DNA of 64,000 nucleotides, taken from positions 12,028,001 through 12,092,000 of the forward strand of contig NC_135667.1 of assembly GCF_964188315.1 (NCBI RefSeq), in the 5' to 3' direction. Below, in pieces: positions 47,201 through 59,976 of the stretch; within the stretch, counting starts at the first letter, position 1, and every line of letters begins with the position of its first letter. The DNA comes from Podarcis muralis. Taxonomy: Eukaryota. Position numbers and translations under genes: made by a program. Under the pieces are notes generated by a model. That model worked only from the letters and a program-made list of their open reading frames with translations, made no database searches and had not been told where the DNA came from.

Positions 47201-50200
47201 GAATGACAGTGGATGAAGGAATAACATTTCAGAATCAGCAGTTGTGGACGGTAATGTCCCAAGCATGCTAAAAGCAGAGAAGAAAAGGTGATGGATCAGT
47301 TGAAAGGTTTCCCAAGGCAGCCAACTTGATACCTGTGGGAAGTGTTCAATCATGACATTTTGGCAATAGGCCACTCCCAACAGTCTGGTGTTCAGAGGTA
47401 CAACGCCCCTTTTTCTGGAGCAAGTATATAGTCATTGTGGCTAATAGCCATAGATATCCAATGTCTTGCTTGACTTTGTCTAATCTCCACTGCTCACCAG
47501 ATGCAAAGGAATAAACAGAGAATTGAGATTTTCTGGAAAATCCAAAAGCTCATAATAATAAGCATGGAGCAGAATATTTTTCTGCTTCTACCTTCCACCA
47601 CGTCACGGTTATAAATGTAGAAGTTGCTATACCATTCTGACCTGCTCCACTGCTGCCCAGTCACTTCCTTCATTAGTACCACTGTTACATTTTATTATTG
47701 TAGTTTATCAGTCTATCTGTTTATTGTTGTACGTATATCTCAACGTTCCTGCAATAAGCTCAAGGTGGCCTATCGGGGTCTTCCTCTCTCCGTATCCATT
47801 CTTCCTTGGTATAACGCTTTTAAACAGTTCAGTAATCAATTGCGAATGATCACCAGCCTTTTGTATATGCTTATGAATATGTTTTTTTTAAATTTTATCT
47901 CTAATTCTATCTATTCTTTCCTCTCAAACAGCTCAACCACTTTGTTAAAAGCATCTCATTTAATAATAGTGCTGGGGGAAAAGTGTCATTCAACCAAAAT
48001 GGAGAGTTAGAGTCTGGATTTGATATTATGAACTGGGTTACATTTCCCAACCAGACCTTTCGGAGGGTGAAAGTTGGAAAGATCGACCCCATGGCTCCCC
48101 AAGAAGAAGTGTTCAGCATTTGTGAAGAAGCCATTGTGTGGCCCAGCAGCTTTAACCAGGTGAGATAAATTCATATTTTGTAGACTATCCATCACTTCTA
48201 AAATGATTCACAGTTCAGATACTGACCCAGCTCTGTGACCTAAGCTCAATCATGTGCTTAGTGTAGGAGTGAGGGCATGGCTGTAGAGATCGTCCATCTT
48301 TTGCCAATTAAGTGACACTCATTAAATCCACTCTTGCACTACAACCACCAAATTTACCAAATGAAAAAAAAGTAAAACTTGATAAATTTACAGAGGGCCA
48401 TATTCATGTAGGGGAAGGCAGCCTAAGGATTCCTTTTATCACAACGGGGCTTGCTGGTTTCCTTTCCCTACCCAAATCTGTGACATATTGCTCTGCTTTC
48501 CTTTGGACCACATCAGTGAGGTCAAGAAGGATGTCTTTTTGTCTGGGCAACCCAGGACCTCCATATACACTGCCCAGGTTTGGTGCTGGTAATGCAACTG
48601 TTCAAGGAGATCTTTCAGCAAGTATACATTGTGGACGAACAATATTGCAAAAAAAGAAACCATGATCCTCTTTCATTTGTGGACAGGCACAGCCTCTTTC
48701 GCTTTGTAATGCCAATTGTCCTTTGGGTTATCAGAAAACAAAGAAGGAAGGGAAACCATTTTGCTGCTATGATTGTGTATTATGTCCAGAAGGGAAGATT
48801 TCCAACCAGACAGGTAAGACACATCATGTATAGAGCCTTTAAAATATACGGACACTAAGATATTCAGACACACAATTCCCTTGTGGTGTTCAGTTGTTCA
48901 GAAAATTCAGTAAAGTTGTTCAGAATTCAGTGAAGGTTGTGGTTCCTGATATGGGGATACAGCCTGATATATTCAATGATATCAGTCCAAGCCATTGACG
49001 GCTGGTAATTATTTATGCACGCACGCACACGCACAAAATGAAATGAAATGAGACACCACTCAGACGAAGGAGGTTTCAAAAGCTTGTAAAACAGAAACCT
49101 TCAGAAATATGAAAGAACTTCAGGGGAAAGCTAACGGTGCAACAGCCTCTGTCTCTTAAAAACAACACCCAAGAACCATTTTTCACAATTCGGAGATGAG
49201 ATAAAACTGAAGTACAACCTTGCTCCAGTTGACATATTAGGATGGGAAGTTCAAATCATGTTGGGATGTTAAAAAATGTGAATAGGTAAAATCTGCTGGG
49301 ATCCTGACCGTAAGTGATAACATTAAGCTTCAAAAGCTGAGTTAGGTCTTAAGATCTGGGGGTGGGTGGGACATTAACCATTCCTGAATATGGCATGTTG
49401 TTAATAATATAATTACATGAGAAGTGTGGCAAATTGTTGTTGTTTTTCAGATATCAACCTGGCAACCCTTATTTAAGGTTTTGTTACTTTCATTTTGATC
49501 ATTTTAGTATTATGCATGTAGTGGTGCTCCTACAGCTTCTCTTTTTCAGACATGGATGAATGCTTTCAATGCCCACCAGATCATTACCCAAATGTGGAAA
49601 AGGATTCTTGCCTGCCAAAGAACATACAATTCTTGTCTTATGGAGAACCACTGGGGATCTCTTTGGCCTGCTTTTCTCTTTCCTTGTCCTTCCTTACAGC
49701 TTTGGTGCTTTGGAATTTCATTAAGCACCGGGACACTCCCATAGTCAAAGCCAACAACCGCAACCTCTCCTACACTCTCCTCATCTCCCTCTTGCTTTCT
49801 TTCCTTTGTGCTCTTCTATTCATCGGTCGACCTAAGAAAGTGACATGTCTCCTTCGACAAACAGCTTTTGGCATCATCTTTTCAGTGGCAGTTTCTTGTG
49901 TATTGACAAAGACAATCATTGTGGTCCTTGCTTTCATGGTCACCAAACCAGGGTCCAGCATGAGGAAATGGGTGGGGAAACAACAGGCCACTTTCATTAT
50001 TCTTTCCTGTTCCTTGATTCAAGCTGCTCTTTGTACTGTGTGGCTGGCAACCTCTCCCCCATTCCCAGCTTTAGACATGAACTCAATGAGTAAAGAAATT
50101 GTTCTGGAATGTAATGAAGGATCAGTCACCATGTTCTACTGTGTCTTGGGGTTTATGGGCTTGCTGGCCATTGTCAGCTTCTCTGTAGCCTTCCTAGCCA

Positions 50201-50451
50201 GGAAGTTACCTGACAGCTTTAATGAAGCCAAGTTTATCACCTTCAGCATGCTGGTATTTTGCAGTGTATGGCTCTCCTTTGTTCCAACTTATTTAAGCAC
50301 AAAAGGAAAATATATGGTGGCTGTGGAGATCTTCTCCATCTTGGCCTCCAGTGCTGGTTTACTAGGCTGTATCTTTTTCCCAAAATGTTATATTATTGTG
50401 ATGAAGCCAGAGCTGAACCACAAGGAGCAGTTAAGAAGACGAAATCACTGA
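43279..50451 (+). CDS. V2R-5: complete vomeronasal type-2 receptor (about 889 aa) if the stop-containing exon at 46723-46950 is skipped; probably chimeric
   Basis: Exons 43279-43544, 44273-44564, 45162-46016, 47932-48159, 48687-48813 and 49550-50451. They sum to 2670 nt in frame with canonical splice sites. Confidence 0.88.
46723..46950 (+). pseudogene. Extra V2R exon 4 with premature stop (TGG>TGA at 46930-46932)
   Basis: It is 228 bp with an AG acceptor and GT donor. It reads [25 protein letters not shown]...TIV*PSRFNK, aligning to the other exon 4s (IVWPSSFNQ). Confidence 0.85.
47120..47250 (+). pseudogene. Remnant of the 3' end of a V2R exon 3
   Basis: It reads [33 protein letters not shown] followed by a GTAATG donor, homologous to the exon-3 ends in this window. 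Confidence 0.8.
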
Positions 50452-53400
50452 AGCATCTACAGTTCTATGGCCCTGCTCCATCTAAATTTGAATCTATGCA
50501 AAGCCAGCCACAATTGATTAGTCCAACTGCATTGCAATTTAGATTACAGTTTCTCCCATTATTCCCTCATTAGGCAGGACATATATATTGCAACATATGG
50601 ATTGAATATAGGAACCATCCTATGTTAATATCAACTCCCTATCCCAAGTCCGCCAACCAAACAAGATATTTGAGCCAAAGTTTTCTTCCTTAGGTTTGCC
50701 AAACGTAGTGGCATAATTATCTGGAGAACCTAGGACAGATTTAGAGTTCAAATGGGGGAGTGGCAGATCGTACCTTTTACAAAAGGAAATGAGAAAAAAG
50801 TTCCGGAGCAGCCTTCCCCCTGCCTGTCACACATGGGGGCAGAGGCAAAAGAGTGAGCAGCAACACATGTAAGTTTTGCATTTGTATAGTACACTAGTAC
50901 CTGCACACACTCACAAGTCAAGTAAGGGGCATTATTGGAGTTCGAGGACGCATTCCAGTGAGGGGAAAGATCTCTGGGTGTGGAGCTGGCTAGTAAGGGG
51001 TTTAAACTGGGTAAGATTCCAAATATCAGCATCATATTCAGCTCCCAGATCTGGATTCCCAAGCCCTGTTCTCATTGCATGAAGGCCAGAATGGTCTGCA
51101 CTCAGCAACCTGTTTAGCTCTGCTGGTGAGTGCATTTCATCTAGCAAAGCATTCCAACGTGTTATTCCCCCGAACAGCCTGGTGTGGAGCAAAGCTTATG
51201 TATAATGCTTGTATGATACTGAATCTACATCATTTATTACAGCCACCATATAGTCAGCAGGGTGTTGTGGTTAGATTAGTGGTTATTTTTGCTGTTTCCA
51301 AGAGGTGTGATGCTATTAATGTCATCTTGCTATATTTCTTACACTAAACTATTCCTTTTTCTATGTTGTTATATTTGCCATTTTGTTGTTCTTTTATTAT
51401 GATTTTTTTTCTTGACACTGCGGATTTTGAGATGTGTTCCTGTATTCTTGTTGTTAGCTACTTGCAGTAAGATGCTTTAAGTGGAAGTGGAGTGTATAAA
51501 TAAAAATGCTAATGAATGATTGACCTGTATTTCAGTCTTCCCAGGACAGATTTTAAGCTAACCAGTCTATAGTTTCTAGGGCCTTAAGGTCCACTGAAGC
51601 CAAACTCATCTTAAGTTACCTTGGAAGTTTCTGCAATACAGTACTGGGCAGGGAATGAATAGTCTCTGGCAGACATTATAAGATGGGCAACATCTGGCAT
51701 GGGAAGAGGGGGAGGGTCAGCTGGGATGACGAGTTGCTCCTTGCTCTCTGGGTATCTCTTTCCAAATGAACAGAAGTCCAACAGAGAAGATGCAGGAGAA
51801 AAAAGTTAATAAGGTCCCACAACGGGGAGGAAAGAGGTTCATGGGGATTTATGGAATACCTCCCCTCCTTTTGTTGTTTGAGGATTGTTTGTTAATTAAA
51901 ATATTCTAAAAATAAATAAATTTATTTTATAGAAACCCACAACAAAAACAAATGAACAGAAGTCAGGACTGTAGATAATACAAACTTAGGGCTGGTTTTC
52001 AACGACATTTAACTCCCTCAACACACATCATTTTTTCAAGGGGATTTCTGACATCATCATATTAATCTATCAGTTTGTGAATACCAGTGAGACCTGCACA
52101 GAGCAAGCTGAGTAACTTCACTTTCAAATGCAATGCATCTAGCATGGTATTTGCTCAAAGGTCCCTGCTTGTACAATGTTGAGAATATAAATATCATCTG
52201 CTCCTAACTACTATAGTTACATCCACCTAGTTTCCTGGTACAAATTGCACTATCTGGGACCATTGATTCCCATAACACCATTGGATGATCACATGAGCTG
52301 GATGATTGCAGCCGTCACATTTAAGTGCCTGTAAATCTCAATGATATTATTATCCTCTCTGTAATTATGAAATTAAGCAAAAAAGCTTTGTTTCCACATA
52401 TCAAGGGAACTGCAGATATGAGTTGCATTATTATCAATGAAGATAGGAGGGTGCTGTGAATATCGACAGTACAATTCCAAGGTGTTAGAGCTTGGTCAGG
52501 CTGATAACAGATACTTTACACTGCACAATCTGACACATAAATCAATGTAGTGTTGACTTAAGTTAAGCTGCCCAACACAGCAAAGGACTTACTGAAAGAT
52601 AATGTGGGGACAGGAGAATTTAGGTAGAAGAGGAATTATTTCCTGCAAGATAGTTGGATTTGTACTATTGCCATCAGTGCTTCTGCTTCAGGTGATGTCC
52701 AAGATTCCTAACACTAAGTGCAGCATCTGCAGTCCCCTTCCTTTTCTTCACAAGTATTACCAACCAGGAGACCTCATCATTGCTGGTATTATGTCTCAGA
52801 TCTCCATATTATTCAACTCAATAGACTTCGATAAATGTCCTTCTACTGACCTCTTTGATGACATTGTGTAAGATTTGTTTTGTAAAAACCTCTGGTACCA
52901 TATATTTGTTATATTAATTTTCCCTAGGAGTGCCAGGCCCATAGATCTGTGGTAGATCCAGTGAATGAGAGAAGAAGGACAGCTTTCTCTGTCTTTGGCA
53001 AATAGTTGCATCATGCCCATATTTATTATCATCTGTTATCTTTTTAGTTACAGCAGCCATGAATCTAATATCAGCAACTTAAGGAGCATTTCAAGCCCAG
53101 AATCTGCCAGAATGTGCAGAGTTTGGAACAGACAGATCTTGGGCTAAGCCACATTCTTATTTGTACCTTGTAACTCAGTTTGGTGGGGTACAAATCACTC
53201 AAGTGAGCCTTAACTGTTTCAGGACTGCAATACCTTAAAAAACTGCCATGTCCCATATGAACTAACTGAGACCATGCAATCATCATCTGAGGCCTTTCTT
53301 TGTGTGCCCCCTTCACAAGAGTTTCAGGGCCTTTTTCTGCAGTGGCCCCTCTTTGTAGAATACGCTGCTAAGGGAGGCTCACCTCGTGTCTTGGTTACAT

Positions 53401-53819
53401 TTCTTTAGCTGCCTTATGGATTTTTGTGTTTTTATGTTTTAAACAGGCCTATGATCCTTCGATGAACACCTGTATAGAAATTTAATTTTAAAATAACTAG
53501 AAATAAGCACCATGGTTTAGAGCTGGAACCTGTGCATGTTAATATTCCTCCAGATTTACCTGAATTCAGATTGATCAGTAAGATAGTATTGGTGCAGCTG
53601 AGGTGTAGAAATTTTCCTATCAAGAAGGAAACGCAGATTCTCTGCCGTTGATCTATGACCCTTCTCCAAAGGCAGGGATGGGGAACTTTCAGCCCTCCAG
53701 ATGTTTCTGAACTGCAACACCCATATTCCCAGCAAGCTTAGCCAATACCTGAAGGTCTTCCAAACCTTCCCTAAGGAATGCAGATGTTGGAGTCACCAAG
53801 TCTTGCTTTATCACACTCT

Positions 53820-54177
53820 GCGGGTGGTGCTGTGGGTAAAAGCCTCAGCGCCTAGGGCTTGCCAATCGAAAGTTCGGCGGTTCGAATCCCCGCGGCGGGG
53901 TGCGCTCCCGTTGTTCGGTCCCAGCGCTTGCCAACCTAGCAGTTCGAAAGCACTCCAGGGTGCAAGTAGATAAATAGGGACCGCTTACTAGCGGGAAGGT
54001 AAACAGCGTTTCTGTGTGCGGCTCTGGCTCGCCAGAGCAGCGATGTCATGCTGGCCACGTGACCCGGAAGTGTCTCCGGACAGCGCTGGCCCCCGGCCTC
54101 TTGAGTGAGATGGACGCACAACCCTAGAGTCTGTCAAGACTGGCCCGTACGGGCAGGGGTACCTTTACCTTTACCTT
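53820..54177 (+). mobile_element. Sauria SINE
   Basis: GCGGGTGGTGCTGTGGG...GTTCGAATCCC...(ACCTTT)n. Confidence 0.9.
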
Positions 54178-54963
54178 TTACATGTTCAGTGTATCCACTC
54201 TAATTTATGTTTTAGGTCTCAAATCTTCACCAGGAAAATTTTTGAAATCATGTTAATTTAAATAGGTTTAACTTGTAATCCAATGTACAAGTAAAGAAGT
54301 CCCAAGCAACACCAAAGAGATTCACTGAAGAAAGGCAGAAAATTGTAGCAAAATACCTGTCATTGCCTCTATTTATGCCAAACCCAAGGCAACTCTGCCA
54401 ATTCTGGGGGTGGGGATGAACAATCTGTGCTATACAAATTTGGAAACCAGGACCTGCTTTCCTCTATCTTTTATGTACAGGCACTACCCATTTCTCTTTG
54501 TAATGACCATTGCCATTTGGGTTACAGAAGAACCAAGAAGGAAGGGAGGCCATTTTGCTGCTATGATTGCCTTGCCTGTCCAGAAGGGAAGTTCTCAAAC
54601 CAGAAGGGTAAGATGTGTTGTGGTAATCTTTCACAAATGGCTTAATCTTGGGATGTTTAATCTCCTTACTTACTTACTTACTTACTTACTTTGCATGAGT
54701 AGCAATCAATGCCAGCTAGCAGGACATGGCTGCATGGGCGAACTGAGGTGCAACCACTCAATGTTCTTAACAAAAACAACTCTGCATCTTTTCTATACAA
54801 ACTACCTTGCATATTTCATAAACCTCCCCATCTCATCCAACCAACAGCTCAACCTGACATTATGGACTCGCAAATACAAAACAGCTATTTGTGTTTGTGG
54901 CGGGGGGGGGGGCGGGGTGTGATTCATATCCCTCACTATTTCTATCCAGACCATTTCTAAGAC

Positions 54964-55215
54964 CATGGGTAGGCAAACTAAGGCCCAGGGGCCGGATCCG
55001 GCCCAATCGCCTTCTAAATCCAGCCCATGAATGGTCCGGGAATCAGTGTGTTTTTACATGAGTAGAATGTGTCCTTTTATTTAAAATGCATCTCTGGGTT
55101 ATTTGTGGGGCATAGGAATTTGTTCATCCCCCCCCCCAAAAAAAATAGTCTGGCCTCCCACAAGGTCTGACGGACAGTGGACCGGCCCCCTGCTGAAAAA
55201 GTTTGCTGACCCCTG
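54964..55215. mobile_element. hAT-type MITE
   Basis: TIRs similar to CAGGGGT(A/C)(G/A)GCAAAC. The TSD is degenerate. Confidence 0.65.
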
Positions 55216-55277
55216 GCCAACACAGTGTGTATGTGGTTCTTAGGCACCCCCATCCATGATATAATCAGACCCAGAAC

Positions 55278-55642
55278 CAGTGGCGGAGCAAGCCGATCAG
55301 GCACCTAGGGCAGCGCACGTACCCTGCGCCCAGGGGCGGGGCCAGCCACCCACAGGGTGCGGCCAGCCAGGGCAGGACACTCTGCAGGGCCTCCAATGAG
55401 TCTGCCTGCCTCCTCCCACTCAGCCGCCCTACAGCTGAGGGGGAGGCGGCGGGCGGACCGTTTGGGGCAGCACGAAGCCTGCGGGCACCCAAGCCACTAT
55501 GTCACTCCCAGGAGAGATGCATGACTTGGGCAAGCTGCAGGCCCTGCAGTGAGTGCTGCCTGCCATTTTGTCACCCCTTCCCACCTCAGTGGCGATACCC
55601 GGGGCGGCCTGCCCCCACCTTACCCCCCTTTCTCTGCCCCTG
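55278..55642. mobile_element. hAT-type MITE, GC-rich
   Basis: CAG(T/G)GGC(G/A)GAG termini with a perfect 8-bp TSD CCCAGAAC (55270-55277, 55643-55650). Confidence 0.8.
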
Positions 55643-57893
55643 CCCAGAACTGCTTAGTTTCAGCAAGGTGGTTTTTGGGTTTGTTAAGAAATAGGATTTA
55701 CAGGGTTTATCAGGAATATTCTAGATAAGAGAATATAGTTAGATACAGATTACATTCCGGTATAACTATTGATATGTAAGCATTAAGCAATCGGTGCCAA
55801 GAGCTTGTTTGAAATAATGAACCACTCTATGTAGCAGTAGTAAAAAGTTAGTACTGAAGAGCCACCTGTCACCTATGTTCCTTCACCGACAGGGAATGAG
55901 AACTCTGGCATAGAGAGACAACAGATAAGAATGGAATGCAGAGGGGAGGGAGAAGCAGCAGGGAGCAGCCATAACTTGATCTCTGGGCACAGGGATAACG
56001 GAAGAGAGAACCAGAGTGAAAGAATGCAGCTTGTCAGCCCAGACAGTGACTCAGACCCAGGAATACCGGCTGTGCCCTCTCCAAAATCTCGTAGCATCAC
56101 GAGACTTTACGAGAAGCATGAAAAGGAAAGGAAGAGAAGGTGGGGGTTTTCCTGTTGGGAGAAAAGCTGGTGGAGCTTAGTTCCGGCAACTGTGCTATCT
56201 GAGGATGACAGAAATTAGCTGAGTTCCGACCTGGTTTGTTTGTTTGTTTGAACAATAAATCTGAAATAATTGCCTGCCTGAGTTGTCTCGTGTTTGTGGG
56301 AGAGACCCAAGCCATTACACTATCTGATTTAGCTGGGAGTCTAGGACTGAATTCTGATTCAGAAAAGAAGCTTTGCTCCTCCTCTATTATTATGTGGAAA
56401 TTACAAATGAACTATAACCCCCCCCCCCCCCATTTCCAGACAGATGAGTGAAATTCACAGGCAGGTGAGGTGGTTTCTTGTGTACGTGTCCTGGCACATT
56501 TGAAATTATAGGATGAAAACTTGAGGTTCCACAACTACCATCTCTGAGTACAGTATCCTCAAAATATAATTGCATAAGAAAGATGGATATAATTTTTTCA
56601 ATTATTTTTTCAATTATCTATCTAGCATCCATCTTCCTTTGTAAAATTAATCTGGTTACCCCAAGTGCCCACTCATTGTGGTATTTTCTCTCTCCTTTTG
56701 CCTTGATTATTCTACTGCAAATAGGGTTTCCATATTCCACTACAAATAGGGCTTCCTCATGTTTTCTTTTTCAGACATGGATGACTGTTTGCAATGTCCA
56801 GAAGATCAGTATCCAAACAATGCCCGTAATGCATGCATTCCAAAATTCATAATCTTCCTCACTTTTGGTGAACCTTTGGGAATCTCTTTGGCAGTATTGG
56901 CTCTTTCCTTTTCATTTATTACAGCTTCAGTGCTTGGCATCTTTGTCAAGCTTAAGGACACTCCCATTGTCAAGGCCAACAACCGGAATCTCACCTACAC
57001 TCTTCTCATTTTCCTACTGCTCTCCTTCCTTTGTGCTTTGCTGTTCATTGGCCAACCCCAAAAGCTGACGTGTCTCCTTCGACAAACTGCTTTCGCCATT
57101 ATCTTCTCAGGAGCGATATCTTGTGTCCTGGCCAAAACCACCATTGTAGTCCTAGCTTTCATGGCCACCATGCCTGGATCCAAAATGAGGAAATGGTTGG
57201 GGAACAGATTGGCTGCTTCCATTGTTCTTTCCTGCTCCCTGATTCAAGCCACTATTTGTACTGTGTGGCTCTCAACCTCTCCCCCGTTCCCAGATTTCAA
57301 CATGCACTCAGTTATGAAAGTAATTGTTCAAGAATGTAATGAGGGCTCAGTCACCATGTTCTACTGTGTTTTGAGCTACATGGGCTTCCTGGCCACTGTC
57401 AGCTTCACTGTGGCCTTTTTAGCCAGAAAGTTGCCGGATAGTTTCAATGAAGCCAAATTTATCACCTTTAGCATGTTGGTCTTTTGCAGTGTTTGGCTGA
57501 CCTTTGTCCCAACCTACCTGAGCACCAAGGGTAAATATATGGTTGCCGTGGAGATTTTCTCCATCTTGGCCTCCAGTGCTGGCTTACTGCTTTGTGTCTT
57601 TTCTCCAAAGCTCTACATCATTGTGTTCAGACCAGAGTTGAACAACAAGGAACAGCTAAGAAGAAGAAACATTGAAATATTCTAAATCATTTGGCCCTGG
57701 CCCAATTTAAATTAGCAACGAGAATTAAGGAATTAAGTCAGTGAGATGCATCTCTTTCCTATGGCCTTTCAAACTGTATGGGGGAGTAATTGTTCCCATT
57801 TGTTATTATGGTATGTATTTTTGTGATTTTATTTTGTAAAGCACCCTGTGATCTTTGGGTGAAGGGCAGTATAGAACTTAATAAAGAAAAATA

Positions 57894-58258
57894 GTAAAGG
57901 TAGAGGTACCCCTGCCCATACGGGCCAGTCGTGACCGACTCTGGGGTTGCGCGCCCATCTCGCTTAAGAGGCCGGGGGCCAGCACTGTCCGAAGAAACTT
58001 CCGGGTCACGTGGCCAGCGTGACGAAGCTGCTCTGGGGAGCCTGCACCAGCGCAGCACACGGAAACACCGTTTACCTTCCCGCTATAAAGCGGTACCTAT
58101 TTATCTACTTGCACTTAAGGGTGCTTTCGAACTGCTAGGTGAGCAGGAGCTGGGACCGAGCGACGGGAGCGCACCCTGCCGCAGGGATTCAAACCGCCGA
58201 CCATACGGTCAGCAAGTCCTAGGCGCTGAGGTTTTACCCACAGCGCCACCCGCGTCCC
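57894..58258 (-). mobile_element. Sauria SINE inserted in an L2-like tail
   Basis: Sauria SINE body with the 15-bp TSD TAATAAAGAAAAATA (57879-57893, 58261-58275). Confidence 0.92.
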
Positions 58259-59210
58259 TCTAATAAAGAAAAATAATATTAAATAAATAATACGCATGGG
58301 CCTAATCATGCTGAAATTTATGGGACCGAGTCCTATGTTACTGTTGCATTTTTATTTATTTACTCTATCTAAAATGCAATATGAACTGCAGTTTGGATCT
58401 GGAATGAGTCATGTTTAGAGTAGACCTACTAAAACAAATGAAACATAGATTAGTCTTATTGATGTATGACATTTAAGATTAATTGACCTCACAATATATA
58501 GTCAAAAGAAAATATACATGAGAAACTCATATTAGGCTAGATTCAGACTCACATAGTAGCTCTTAATGTTGATGGAAATCAGTTAAACTACTACAACTAT
58601 CTGGATTAAAACCTCTTTATTTCATTGACAGAAGCAGCAGACAACTTATGTAACTTCCAGAAAAATAATCCTTACTTGTTACTGTAATAGCTTGTGTGGA
58701 GAAATGCTGAATATTTGTCGGTTAGTTTAAGTTCTGTACTTTGGAAAAGATTTATGTGACTTCTGCTGATGTCAGTGTGCAAGTGTTGAAGTCTGAGACT
58801 TGTGCTCTCAACTGTTTTGCAGGCCTGAGTTTCTTTTTTTCTACCCAGTAGCTGCTAAACCTGGGCTGGATCAACATTGACCTGCTTAGTGTTATTAGAA
58901 CAATATTAGTTATGTCGTTCTAAAACGTCACAGGGCACACTTGTTAATTAAAGCGTTTTTAACCTTGGTTGTTTTACTGGTTTCTCTGCAGCACCCAGTG
59001 GAGTCCCCTTTTAATAATGCACCATGAACATTAAAAGTAGGACGTCATTTGGCCATATACAGTATCAAAAACATTCCTTAACCCTTCCTTAATGTTAAAA
59101 ATCATGAGTGTAGATGCATCCCAGGATGTGAGTGAATATGACTAGGGTGATTTAGGGAAATTGTTCTGAGGTATAACTCTATTTGAAGCTGGTGTCAGCA
59201 ACAACATCTC

Positions 59211-59244
<34 letters not shown>

Positions 59245-59671
59245 GCATCACACCACTTGGAAAAAGCAAAAATAACCACTCATCTAACCACAACACCCTG
59301 CTGACTATATGGTGGCTGTAATAAATGATGTAGATTCAGTATCATACAAGCATTATACATAAGCTTTGCTCCACACCAGGCTGTTCAGGGGAATAACACA
59401 AGTTGGAATGCTTTGCTAGATGAAATGCACTCACCAGCAGAGCTAAACAGGTTGCTGAGTGCAGACCATTCTGGCCTTCATGCAGTGAGAACAGGGCTTG
59501 GGAATTCCAGATCTGGGAGCTGAATATGATGCTGATATTTGGAATCTTACCCAGTTTAAACCCCTTACTAGCCAGCTCCACACCCAGAGTTCTTTTCCCT
59601 CACTGGAATGTGTGTTTGAACTCTGGTAATACACCTTACTTGACTTGTGAGTGTGTTCAGGTACTAGTGTA

Positions 59672-59976
59672 TAGTGGTGCCTCGCAAGACGAAATTAATC
59701 CGTTCCGCGAGTCTCTTCGTCTTGCGGTTTTTTCGTCTTGCGAAGCACGGCTATTAGCGGCTTAGCAGCTTAGCGGCTATTAATGGCTTAGTGGCTATTA
59801 ACGGCTTAGCGGCTTTAAGAAAAAGGAAACAAACTCACAAGAACTCGCAAGATGTTTCGTCTTGCGAAGCAAGCCCATAGGGAAATTCGTCTTGCGAAGC
59901 ACCTCAAAAACCGAAAAACTCTTTTGTCTAGCGAGTTTTTCGTCTTGCGAGGCATTCGTCTTGCGGGGCACCACTG
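59672..59976. mobile_element. Tc1/mariner (Tigger-like) MITE, sister of 6113-6493
   Basis: Same TIRs and TA TSD. The empty TA site is visible in the paralogous sequence at 50890-50891. Confidence 0.9.

Larger units (their letters stand above)
52602..57685 (+). pseudogene. V2R-6: internally deleted V2R (exon 1 + exon 5 + exon 6; exons 2-4 missing)
   Basis: Exon 1 52602-52867 (near-copy of V2R-5 exon 1), exon 5 54481-54607 and exon 6 56775-57685 (fully open 7TM). Homology to V2R-5 intron 1 stops at 53628. A direct exon 1-exon 5 splice is out of frame. Confidence 0.8.

Noticed and set aside
53820-53900. tRNA-like sequence (GTTCGAATCCC)
   Set aside because: It is the tRNA-derived head of a Sauria SINE, not a tRNA gene.
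55680-56320. Possible solo LTR (AATAAA near the end, ...TTACA)
   Set aside because: I could not find a matching TG start with a TSD, so the boundaries are unsupported.
58620-59050. Possible LTR-like remnant between V2R-6 and V2R-7
   Set aside because: No TSD, no second copy and no coding hallmark.
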